Origin: Paraspadella gotoi
Lineage: Eukaryota; Animalia; Chaetognatha
DNA: 64,000 nucleotides
NCBI GenBank assembly: GCA_051294375.1
Contig: CM119267.1
Location: 14,563,694-14,627,693, forward strand
Direction of reading: 5' to 3'
Each line of letters begins with the position of its first letter. Position 1 is the first letter of the stretch. Positions 38,920 to 50,053 of this stretch are shown here, in pieces. Under the pieces are notes generated by a model. That model saw only the letters and a list, made by a program, of their open reading frames with translations, did no database searches and was not told where the DNA came from. Made by a program: the position numbers and the translations under genes.

Positions 38920-38995
38920 AGCAGTTAAGAGGGACGGGGCGCTTAACCCGCCTGTAACACGGTGTTACAGCCTGATCCGAAGCTCAGGGACTGCT
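38920..38995 (+). ncRNA. Type-P5 twister ribozyme (family C)
   Basis: AGCAGT taa GAGG GA CGG GGCGCT TAA CCC GC CTGTAACA cgg TGTTACAG CCTGA TCCGAAGC TCAGG g ACTGCT. Confidence 0.88.
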
Positions 38996-39176
38996 TATAA
39001 TGAACGGTTCTGTCACTAACACATAACAATAATCACTGTCTTTTCAGGATTCACATTTTAGGCACTAATTTCGCTTATCACAAAAGATGAAAACTATGTT
39101 CTCGAGACTTTCCAATAATGTTATGTTTAAACGTTTTACATATATAAAGTTTTAGTTAATGAATCTTTAATGCAGA

Positions 39177-39674
39177 ATGTCCATGTTTTTGGATAAAACC
39201 CAAAGAAAATTAATAAATGGTCTCTTCTATCAAGTTCGGGCCGAGTATTTATCGTCGACTAACTATCCAACTATCCAAAAAGTTGAAAAACCCATTGAAG
39301 AGGCTGCATTTTCCCAAACGTCCACTACTCTTATCTTATCGGAAGAGCTGCTTACGAGACTATATTTCATTTTTAAAACTCCACTCGAGCATGCCTTGGA
39401 TTTGGCGGAAAAGGGATCAGTGACTCGATTGGTTAATCAATCCTGTCCGGAACAATTTGTCTTTCAAGTTGTTGGTAATTCCGGAAATCCTTACACTTGC
39501 TTGCCTGGAAGCGACTTTTGCACTTGTCCTTTTTACAAGTTTTCCGTGTTAAGAAAGAACGAGTATCTTCTTTGCAAGCACGTATTGGCGGCTCGATTGT
39601 CTTTGGCCCTCGACATGTGCAAAGATGTTTCAGTGATGTCTAACGACCTAGCCAAACTTCTCTCTGAATTGTGA
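39177..39674 (+). CDS. ZSWIM7: SWIM Zn-finger protein 7 / SWS1 (start uncertain)
   Basis: ALDLAE, FQVVGNSGNPYTC, CTCPFYKF..LCKHVLA (CxC..CxH SWIM motif). Confidence 0.85.
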   Translation: MSMFLDKTQRKLINGLFYQVRAEYLSSTNYPTIQKVEKPIEEAAFSQTSTTLILSEELLTRLYFIFKTPLEHALDLAEKGSVTRLVNQSCPEQFVFQVVGNSGNPYTCLPGSDFCTCPFYKFSVLRKNEYLLCKHVLAARLSLALDMCKDVSVMSNDLAKLLSEL

Positions 39675-39685
39675 CTCTTTTAAGC

Positions 39686-41203
39686 ATGACTGAAAATATC
39701 GTTGTTCAGATCGGACAATGCGGGAATCAGATCGGGCGGCGGTTTTGGGATCTGGCTTTAAAAGAGCAGGCGGCCATGAATCTATCATCTTTGTACACCG
39801 ATTCCGTGGCTTCCTTTTTCCAAAATGTGACACAAACTCGGCAACTAACTGAGTCGGAGGTCTTCAAGCGTGTAACGTCATTCAAATTCGACAAGATTGA
39901 GACACTCAAAGCGAGAGCGATTTTGGTTGATATGGAGGAAGGTGTAGTATCTGAAGTTCTGAAGGGTCCGTTAGGAAAATATTTCGACAATACCCAGCTC
40001 ATTACTGACGTCTCCGGGTCGGGCAACAATTGGGCCGTCGGTCACCACTTTTACGGCGCTAAGTATAGAGAATTAGTAACGGAAGTATTGAGACGCGAGT
40101 CTGAGACTTGCGACGCCCTCAGTAGTTTTTTCATTCTCCACTCTATGGGTGGTGGGACGGGTAGTGGCGTCGGAACTGCTATCCTTCGTCTATTGAAAGA
40201 CGAGTTTCCCGAAGTTCATCGCTTCGTTACTTGCGTTTATCCATCGGGTGACGGGGACGATGTAGTCACCTCGCCTTACAATTCCGTCATGGCCATGAAT
40301 TGTTTGACCGAGCATGCTGATTGCGTATTGCCAGTCGAAAATCAGGCCTTGGGCGACATTTGCGAACAGGTATGAAGTATAGAACTCTTAACTAACGCCT
40401 TTAATGTTTTAAAAGGGTTTTATTTATTCAAGGTTTTGGTCCGCGATCGAAAGATATCCGGCTCCTCCATTTCTGCGTCGTCCGTCCCTGGCGCCATTAC
40501 CTACTCCGACGGTCCGAGAAAAACCTCCCGACCCTTCGACGCGATGAATAACATCGTCGCTAATTTGATGCTCAACCTGACGAGCGGTTCTCGTTTCGAA
40601 GGTTCGCTAAATGTCGATCTCAACGAAATCACCACGAACTTGGTCCCCTTTCCCAAGCTGCACTACATTGTCGCCGCACAAGCTCCCATCTACTACGGAA
40701 AACGTTTGCATCAGCAACCGTTGTCCAAATTGGACCACACTTTCTCGGAGCTGTTTTCCCACAGATCCCAGCTGACGAAGACGGATCCTAAGCACAACGT
40801 GTATCTGGCCTGCGCCCTGTTGTCGCGCGGCGCGACTAACGCCTCCGAGCTTCGTCGCAACATCGACAAAATTAGACCCTCTTTGAAGTTCGCCAGCTGG
40901 AACTCTGATGGATGGAAGATTGGCCTATGCGACGTTCCGCCGCTCGGTCAACCGTATTCCTTGCTTTCCCTTTCCAACAACACATGCTTGAGAAACAGTT
41001 TCTCGATATTGAGGGACAAATTTGTGAAAATATATAAGAGAAAGGCTCATGTTCACCATTATACCAATGTGGACGGGATGGAGGAGGATTATTTTGCGCA
41101 GAGTTTAGAGAGTTTGTCGTGGCTCATCGACGAGTACGAAGTTATCGACAAGCAACATGGCTCCAACGCCACTGAGGTGCCTCGTTTGAAACTTCTTGCG
41201 TGA
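39686..41203 (+). CDS. TUBE1: Epsilon tubulin (2 exons)
   Basis: QIGQCGNQIG, KARAILVDMEEGVV, ITDVSGSGNNWAVG, HSMGGGTGSG, ADCVLPVENQAL. Confidence 0.93.
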
Positions 41204-41266
41204 TTCGTTTTTATTTGATTTTACCCTAGGACTTTAAAATTTATCCTTGGGACTGAGTTAGTAAAT

Positions 41267-41722
41267 ATGTCTTCCGAGTCGACGGATGAATCGAGAAAAA
41301 CAAAATCGAAGGAAAATTTTATTTCGACTTTCTTCCTCGTCGGCATCACCGGTGCCTCCACATTGGGCGGCTTCGGCTTGGCGTTGGCTAAATCCCGGAA
41401 GCAGGATCCCACTGTCTTTGACAATGGACTGGCAGTCGCGTCCGCCGAGCAAGCGAAACTGGCGGAGGAGGGATCGAGGCTTGCCATGCGGGCTCTGGGG
41501 CGAGCAACCCTCTACGCCGTAGGAGGATTTACTCTCTTCTGCTTCGGAGTCTGGAAACTCAGCGGCGCAAGAGACTTAGCGGATTTTCGACAGAAGGCCG
41601 GCAGGGTTTTGCCTAAAATTCCGAGAAACGATCCGCCGCAGTCGAGAACCGAATTTTCGGGAATCAACGATCTTTTGCAATACCTAATAGACGAGGATAA
41701 GAGAAAGAAAAAAAACTCGTGA
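41267..41722 (+). CDS. TMEM242: Transmembrane protein 242
   Basis: GGFGLALAKSRKQDP, EGSRLAMRALGRATLYAVGG..GVWKLSG. Confidence 0.82.
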   Translation: MSSESTDESRKTKSKENFISTFFLVGITGASTLGGFGLALAKSRKQDPTVFDNGLAVASAEQAKLAEEGSRLAMRALGRATLYAVGGFTLFCFGVWKLSGARDLADFRQKAGRVLPKIPRNDPPQSRTEFSGINDLLQYLIDEDKRKKKNS

Positions 41723-41846
41723 TCTTTTATTTGTCACTTACTCGCTATTACACCCCCCTCTCGCTATTGCCAGTTTCATCCGCTCGCGTACTCTTGGTTT
41801 TTCTGTCTTTTTATTCGCAAACAGGATTAAGTTATTTTCCGTGACA

Positions 41847-42458
41847 ATGGGCAAAGTGTTTACAAAAGCTCGATCTCCTTTTCGGAACTACAACTTAGAA
41901 AGTCGTGTGCACAAAATTTTGGACAAAAAACCCGTTCCCGCGCCACGCCATACCCCGCTATCCGACGAGTTGAAGAAAGAGGCTTGTGCAGTTCCGACGG
42001 CGGATATGATTCGCAAATTAGCCGCTGAACCCGAAGACAACTCTACCCTCTCCGAAATTTTGAAAAAGAACGAAAACTTGGTTAAGATGATGGATCAATT
42101 GAACATCAGAGCAGAAGGAGAAAATCCTGACATGCGGCGAGTCTTGCCGAAGTCCTCGGGACAAGGCCAGGGCAGAAAGTTTGAGACCACGGTTTACGGA
42201 TATTCTATGCCCGAAAAGACGCCCATCGGGAAGATGACTCTGTCGCAGGTCGCTGAAGCCCTTGTAGACCACACTAAAAACCCCGAAGAGTGGACGGCTC
42301 AAAAAATCTCACAGGAATATAAGATCGACTCTAAAAAGGCGGAGCTGCTGACGACCTATTTTGCTGTTTTTGACGTTTACATACCCAAAAAAGCTGGGGA
42401 AAGAATACAAGCCGAAATTGAGAAGGAAGAGAAATTACTGGCTGATGGGAAAAAATGA
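41847..42458 (+). CDS. NDUFAF4: Complex I assembly factor 4
   Basis: MGK..RSPFRNYNLESRVHKIL..KPVPAPRH, GKMTLSQV, WTAQKISQEY. Confidence 0.85.
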   Translation: MGKVFTKARSPFRNYNLESRVHKILDKKPVPAPRHTPLSDELKKEACAVPTADMIRKLAAEPEDNSTLSEILKKNENLVKMMDQLNIRAEGENPDMRRVLPKSSGQGQGRKFETTVYGYSMPEKTPIGKMTLSQVAEALVDHTKNPEEWTAQKISQEYKIDSKKAELLTTYFAVFDVYIPKKAGERIQAEIEKEEKLLADGKK

Positions 42459-42633
42459 TAAATCTTCAACATTACATAATTTATTTCGGGTTTTTATTGT
42501 TAAAACAATTGTGGGCCGTTCCTAAAATCTCCAGGAATCAAACGATTACAAAAGATTACAAATGGTTACTTGGCTTTTACTGTTTTAGCTGTTTTTTCTT
42601 TTTAGGTTACCTTATCAAAATATCCTAGAAAAA

Positions 42634-43831
42634 ATGGATTCTCTCGATACGAGTTTGAACCATGTGCTTCAAGGAGGTTATTTTCACCCTTTATTAAGAA
42701 AGTGGCAGGAGACCGACACTGTGATCGTGCCCGAAACTCTCATCTATCCCGTTTTTATTACCGACTCTGCAGAAGCAGAGAAAGAAATTACGAGTTTACC
42801 TGGTATAAGATCGGCCAGCTTGACTGAAACTTTCAAAGGCTTCTATCTACTTACGGACAAATTTTTCTTCATCTATTTTTCAAACAGGTCAAAAACGTTT
42901 TGGTATTCGTTCTCTGATCGATCATCTCCGGCCGCTGGTGGAGTCTTTTCACCTGAAGTCTATTTTGCTTTTCGGAGTTCCATCGAAGATCGCCAAAGAC
43001 GGGCGTGGTTCAGCCGCCGACTCTTCCGCGAACCCTGTTATCGGCGCCCTTCCCGCTCTCCGAGATGCTTTTCCTTCTCTCCTGCTCCTCGTCGACGTCT
43101 GCCTCTGCACCTTCACCGACCACGGACACTGCGGCGTCGTCGACGAGAGCGGGGTTGTCGACCAAGTACTCAGTTGCCAGCGCATCGCCGAGGTAGCCCT
43201 GGCTTACGCCAAGGCAGGCGCTCACGTTGTTGCTCCTTCCGACATGATGGATGGACGAATCGGCGCTATCAAGGACTCATTAATCGCCAATGGGATGGGC
43301 AATAAAGTATCTCTCATGAGGTTCGACGTCTTTATCTTTTCATGTACTATGAGGATTCCTCATTGAGGAATGAGGATATTCATATTCGTGTCTTTCTTCA
43401 TTACTAGCTACGCCGCTAAGTTCGCTTCTTCTTTTTACGGTCCTTTTCGCGAGGCCGCTCATTCTGCGCCATCTTTCGGCGACCGGAAGCGCTATCAACT
43501 TCCTCCCGGTAGCGGCGGCTTAGCCGCTCGCGCCGTCGAACGAGATGTGGAAGAGGGTGCTGACATGTTGATGGTAAAGCCGGGGCTCGCTTACCTCGAC
43601 ATCGTGGCGCGGACCAAAGATCAACACCCAAACCACCCTCTCGCCGTCTACCAAGTCTCTGGGGAATACGCAATGTTGTGGCACGGCGCCAAAGCCGGCG
43701 CTTTTGACTTGAAAACGATTCTGACCGAAGTTTTGACTTCGATGCGAAGAGCGGGCGCCGACATTATCATCTCTTACTTCACGCCGACAATCCTCAAGTG
43801 GATGATTGAGGGTGGGAAGCCCTCTCTCTGA
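42634..43831 (+). CDS. ALAD: Delta-aminolevulinic acid dehydratase (3 exons)
   Basis: [58 protein letters not shown]. Confidence 0.95.
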
Positions 43832-44067
43832 CTCAGGAAACAAACGTCCACAGTACTTAATTATGTAACTGCAAGTCATTCATTTTTCTGTTGCGGTGCC
43901 TGGTTACACGAATAAGAAAGTGCCATTAAATACATTCATCCTACCTTTCTCACGTAGTTGTTACCATGTTTGCTATTTTATTTTTCTCTAAAGATATATT
44001 TTCGGCAACCGTTCCAAATGGTCTGTTCAGTCGGGATCGTTTTTGCGTAACTTTTGCGCTTCGTTTG

Positions 44068-46842
44068 ATGGCGTCGTCTCACGCGATTCCCATTGCGTCA
44101 TCGGATGCGACGTTGAGTCCCGAAGATCGCATGAACCTAGCAGCTCTTCAAAGGAGGGACCCTTACATTTGCAAAATAATCGAGACCGCTTCTCAGGTTT
44201 GCTCTCAAACAATCGCTGTGTGACTGCTTAATGCTTATTATATTAGTATAATTTATATTATTATTTCCGTATCATTAACAAAGTTTTCCAAATATTTATT
44301 AATCGGGTATATAAAAAATTCCCGTAAAACCTTAATCAGAACGGGCAAAACGTTTTAATCGAGGCCAAAGTAGAACTAAAAGCGTACTTTGTCTCTCTAA
44401 AAATTTCGAGGTGACCAAACCAAAATATCAGACTGACCAAGGACAGTTCAAATACGACTCAGATAGAACCAAAAACGCAAACGAGAGAGAGAAAAAGAAG
44501 TTAAATGTAGGAGGCGAGGTATAATATTTCACATATATTATTATATATTACATATATGTTATATTATATATATTATATATTACCTGCTATGTCATTATCT
44601 TGTAAGAGTGATGGAGGCCTTAAACCGCCAAAGCCTGTCCAAAGTCAGGGGCAATATATCTTATTTATTGAATGAATGGATAATTTTTATATTGGTTGTA
44701 CCAATTTCATAAAATTCAACTCCTTGTATTTTGATGCTGGGCGGAGTCCAATATTGTATTCCCTGATCTAATACTTAAGGGAGTGGTCTTTTCATACAAT
44801 TGAAAAATTTTTTGAAATATTATACCACTTTATTGATAGGAAAGCTAGTTACTCTGGCAGTGAATAAACGAGACTGTGAGAGTCTTGATTGAAAGCTTGC
44901 AGGGACCTGCTATGTCATTATCTTGTAAGAGTGAGGCCTTAAACCACCAAAGCCTGTCCAAAGTCAGGGGCAAGATAGCTTATTTATTGAATGAATGGAT
45001 AATTTTTACCAATTTCATAAGTCTATGAGCGATGATGTAAACTTGATAAAATTGTTTATCCAGGTGGCTCTTTACGACTACGATACCGCTGAGGATGCTT
45101 GGACAAGCACCGACGTGGAAGGAAGCCTTTTTGTCTACGAGCGCCTCGTTGCCCCTCGTTTCGGTTTTACAGTCACCAATCGGAAGCAACCCAAGAACCA
45201 TTGGGAGGCTCTCAACGAGCACGTCGAATTCCAAAGCCCCGAGGACGACCATTTCTTGCTCTACAAAAACCGCGATAAGATTTTCGGCCTCTGGTTTTTC
45301 GATCAAGCCGAGTGTGAGACAATTGGAAACTTAGCCAGGGATTTGGTCGCCAGAACTGTAGCTGAAAACGTTCCGGGTCAATCGGGTAAGTCCTCTTAAA
45401 CGGCCATTTAAGTGAAGTAAGGTAAGTAAGGTAGTAGCCCTTTGTAATTTCTAGGACTTTTTATTGAACAGCGGAGAGTGCGACGGGCAAGCACGGGATA
45501 ATGAAGGACATTCTTTCCTCGTCTGGCACCGCCCAGCCGCCCAACAACGCCTCCGGGGGTGACATTTTATCCCTCTTGGTCAAGGCACAGCACGAGTACA
45601 ATCGCGCAAATTCTGTCGACGCTCAAACTTCCACGGCAGCCAGTCAAGCTCCCCCAGCGCCGTTAGAGGACCCCGGCGTTACTCTCGGCCCTGTCGGCGC
45701 CGCATCCGACAATCCCCGAAGCATCAGTTTATCCTCGCTCTTCGCCAACGCTAAGACACAGCAGCAAAGAGAGCAAAGAGAGCAACGGGAGCGTATGAGC
45801 AAGGCTATGGCGGCAGCAGCCTCAGTACCGCCTATGCCGACTGCTCCTTTACTCGGAGCCGTCTCTCTTTCGACCGCCGAGGATCAACGTCGTCAGGGCA
45901 CCGAGGCGGCCTTCGTGCCATTGGACAAGGCCACAATTCCAGGAACAGGGAAGGGGTCGGAGACTGGTGCTAACTGCGACGCGATCCAAAGATTGACGCA
46001 GCAGATGAAGATAGGGGAAAGTCAGAAGTCTGGATCTTTTTCACAAATGCATTCATTTGTGCGCATGAACAGTGTTGAAGCAGGTGAGTTAACCATGGCG
46101 GAAAGAAGGCAACGGCTTAAGTTGCTTTAGTTGTGGTCATTAGGTTATTTTTAGTTTATATACCTACGATCATAGTTTTATTCTTCTGTGATTGTGATCT
46201 TACTCGGTAACTAAATGTTAATAATAAAAAGGAATGGAGGAACCGCCACGCCGTAGAAGATCAAATTCCGGCAAAGCTAAACCACACAGAAATTCTGTTC
46301 CATCTCATTCGCCGCCATCCATTGAAAAACTCCCACAGTTGCCGCCTCATTTCACCAATTCTTACTCTTCAGGTTCTTCGATGATTTTAATTTCATTTAA
46401 ATTAATTATTAGCTCTCAAAAAAAAGTTATATCGCTATTTTTTGCAGGCATCGCTGGACCATCCTATTCTCCTCCATCTCCCGCTGTTCTCTCGGAAAAA
46501 GCGGCGCCCTCGATTCCGCTTTTGACGCCCGACGCTTTCGAGCACTCGTCGGCGGTGATGATGACCAATGGCGTTCAGCACAAGACGTCCTCCGTCCGCA
46601 ATTCCTTTTTTCTCTCCGACGACGACGTCTTGGTCGAAGACAACTCCTCTCTAGATTTAGATTCTGAAGGACCAGAGAGTGGCGGTGGTGGCGGTGTCAA
46701 CAGTCACAATATCGTCGGGTTGACCAAAGAGCAACTCAGATCTACGTTGATTCACCTTCTGCGCACTGACAACGACTTTGTCGACACCATTCACGCCGGT
46801 TACGTCCGAAGTTTAAAGGGTCAACGTAGTACGAAGAAATGA
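44068..46842 (+). CDS. DCP1: mRNA decapping activator DCP1 (multi-exon)
   Basis: MNLAALQRRDPYI..TASQ|VALY, DVEGSLFVYER EVH1 domain, C-terminal trimerisation motif LTKEQLRSTLIHLLRTDNDFVDTIHAGY. Confidence 0.92.
44582..45020 (+). mobile_element. Tandem ~323-bp twister repeat (family D), about 1.35 units, in a DCP1 intron
   Basis: ACCTGCTATGTCATTATCTTG recurs at 44582 and 44905; dispersed copies at 14877, 60644 and a fragment near 49058. Confidence 0.8.
44596..44658 (+). ncRNA. Type-P5 twister ribozyme (family D); second copy at 44919-44977 has a 4-nt core deletion
   Basis: TATCTTGT aa GAGT GA TGG AGGCCT TAA ACC GC caaag CCTG TCCAAAGT CAGG g GCAATATA. Confidence 0.75.
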
Positions 46843-48491
46843 GAATGGGAAGGGGCAAACATTGATCACATTTTACACCCATATTCGGTTGTCCGAAAAA
46901 ATAATTAGACAAACATTTAAAAATCTATATTTACGTATTATTACGTAACTACTTGAATCGAGTTGTTGTTTACAAATTATAATTTTTATTTAAGAACTCA
47001 TGGGACTTTATATATATATATCGTATGTTTTTTTAACTCAAAAGAGTTGATTCTGTACTGAAATCAAATTCACCGAATTTATTTTTTCGAATAAAAAATT
47101 CCTCTTTCTGCGAACCGTTTGGCGACATAACCGACGGACTTTTACCGTAGGAATTTAGTATTGTACCTCCTGTTATCACTGATGATTGTTGTCTCTCAAT
47201 GATGTGCCATGCTGAATTATTTTACATGGTTTTATCTTAAACTCGTTGAAGTGGTATATTTTTGACGATAGCAGTAGTTAGACTATTGTAGGTTTGTTAG
47301 ATTTCATCATTCCAGTATTTTTTATCGAGTTAATTATAAATAGTTTGTTAATTGCGTCAATATTTAACATCAGTTAATACTTTACTAGAAAAATGGCTCG
47401 GAAATGAAGCGAGTATAAAATATATTACATTTTAGTTTAAAATGTTAATGGTTGAAAGTTTAAACCCGTTTTTATCATTTGGAAACTTAAAAACTATGTA
47501 GTTAGTATTCGAAATAACTTGACCGTATTTATTTTTCAGTAAATATATACATATTTTATTGATATTTAGTTAGTTTTAAAATTTTTAATAGATAATCATA
47601 AGCTTCTAAAAAGAGCCCCATGTAATAGATTGCGCCTGGTATGAAAATTTTTTAATTATTTATGATGAGATTAGAAATTTTGGTTCAGTTTAAAATCAGA
47701 AATAACTATTTTCTTTCTGACGTTTTTAAATCCCTTTTTGTGGCTAGCTATAAATATGTTTTCTTACGTCAATCTTTTCCCATACATCGAAACATGGTAT
47801 TAAAATTACAAGAGACTAAAGAAATTTATTCGTACTATATTTAGGAAAAAGTTTGAGCTAGATTATTTAGATAATCGTGATTAATTATCAAGTTAAATCT
47901 TTTGAAACCTTACGAGACTGAGGTACCGTACGTCGCGTCGAACCACAACTATGAAATCTTTTGTTTTTTTTCTCCCGACGCGACCTCCGCTCCACTCCCC
48001 GTCGTTGAAGGGAGAGAAAGAGAGAGAGAGATCCGCGAGACCGAATCCTCTTTCGTTGGGGTCGAGGCGGATCTCCCCGTCTATTGTATTCATTCGCTAT
48101 TGAGGAAGCCTTTGGCCCTTCGTCCATGGGCGAGCGAAACAATCGAAGGAAGACACAAAGAAAACCTAGTTGACCGTCGCTCTTTCGACTCTCAACCTTT
48201 CTTTACCGATCATCATCATCATCATAATTGGTTTTTTTTCCAAGACGCGATGGTGACTCGTTGAAAATGCCGCTCCCAAAAGAAAAAAAAAAGAATTTTC
48301 TCCCGGGTCTTTTACTCTTCGTGTTGTCATCAAGTTTAACTAAACTTTTGTGATAGAAAAACCCTCATTTTTATTTTTTTTAAAAATTCATATACGTATG
48401 TAGTAATTTAACCCGAAAATTTTTCATCCTATCATCTTTTTTCTTTAAAAAAGGCGCTGTCAAAATATCGTAGTATTCACCTGTCGACATC

Positions 48492-49702
48492 ATGACGAAT
48501 ATAAACAACGTTGATATATTGTCGGGACCACACCCGGAAGCCGTCGTTCCCTGCCCCTTCGACGAGACTCATATGATTCGCAACAAGCGCGTCCCCTACC
48601 ACCTCGTCGAATGTCGTCGCCAGTATCGTGGGGACGAGATGGTCCAATGCCCTTTTAACGCGCGCCACTGGATCCTCGTTAACCAGTACCCCTTCCACAA
48701 GGCCGTTTGCTCTGACCGTTATCAGATTGAGCAGGATCTGGCGTTGGAGGCGTCGGGCAAGGGACCCGAGTTGCGGGCCTCTGGTAGAATCGAAAGATCG
48801 CCCTACAGCGACTTCGTTCCGCTCTCTGAAGATTGGGACGTCGACATTGAGTTGCGCGATAAGCTGGAGAAGAAGTTGACGCTTACTCGAGCGCGCAGCC
48901 GGGCAGCCTCGTCCGAAACTAGTTGTAATCGGTCGGAGACTACGTCGGCCTCAAGGTGATTATATTGGCGAAACTCTTAAATTGCTTAAATTTTTACCTA
49001 CTTTTCTGTGAAATAACATATAATAATAATACTTTTATAATAATATAATAATAATAATTTTTATATTGGTTGTACCAATTTCATAGCATCCTTTCGTTGG
49101 ATCTTGGCCACGCCTCTACCCGCCCCCCTCGCACCGAATCCGTCGTATTTTGGCAGGAATCCGGGAGGCGCAGTCTGGGCGACGGAACTCAGAAAGAGCA
49201 CACGAAGGGGAGCGAAATCCTCGCCAGGTCTTCAACCCAAAACACATTGGGCAGCAGCTTAACAGAGCATTCTTCCCAGAATCTCTCCCAAATGTCGCCC
49301 GAATCTTCCACAACTATTTTCGGAGATTCGGTCCTCTCCGCTGCTTCCTTCGCGTCCGATGTAACCTCTTCGGACAAGATCGGGGGTGCACATCGTCGTA
49401 CATCTCTCCCCACCCGAAACATCTCCCGTCTCTCTGTAGTCTCATCAGCGAATTCGATCTCAGGCGGAACTCGAACGTTCGCCCCCTCGGGCCGAGGACG
49501 CGGTCTCTCTTTGGCGGCGTTGGCCGAGAATCGCTCCGCCGCTGGTCGCTCGCCTTCATCCCCGGGAGAGAGTAGCCATTGCGGAGACGCCTCCAGCAGC
49601 GTTGCCTCTGTCAATACTCTTTCCTCTTTTCGAAGGCTCTCCATTGTGGAAGAAGCGAGGAAAAATCCTTTTCGGTTTTCTGGGTTTCACTTTGACGTTT
49701 GA
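48492..49702 (+). CDS. GTSF1: Gametocyte-specific factor 1-like tandem CHHC Zn-finger protein (3' exon boundary uncertain)
   Basis: CPFDETH..HLVEC and CPFNARH..HKAVC fingers, then a Ser-rich tail. Confidence 0.75.
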
Positions 49703-50053
49703 TTTATGGGATTTGGTTTACACGACTTATTATTTGGAAGTACGAAACGGACGTTTTTTTGATAAATTTCGAACGGGAGTCGAGAGGTTGTCTCGAAACT
49801 TAACAATTTTCGTTGCTTTGTGATTTATTTTATTAAAGCTGCGCTAAAGAAATGCGCTCCTTGTTTATTTGTTCATTAATTTAGTTTAAACGAGTTTTGT
49901 GCCAATTTTTAACTGATAGCTTTCATGGAAGTACTACCTCTTAATCATTTTTTTTTTAAACTTTTTAGGTATGAAGGGCGATTCGGAAGGATATGAATTA
50001 GCTTTTTTCTCACCATAACTAAATATTTTTTCCGCAAACCTCATCTATTAACC

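Larger units (their letters stand above)
38813..39024 (+). mobile_element. Solo LTR-like element, family C (related to B): tRNA-like head plus twister; boundaries approximate
   Basis: Collinear similarity to the family B LTR; closing stem AACCGTTCAT / ATGAACGGTT. Confidence 0.65.
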
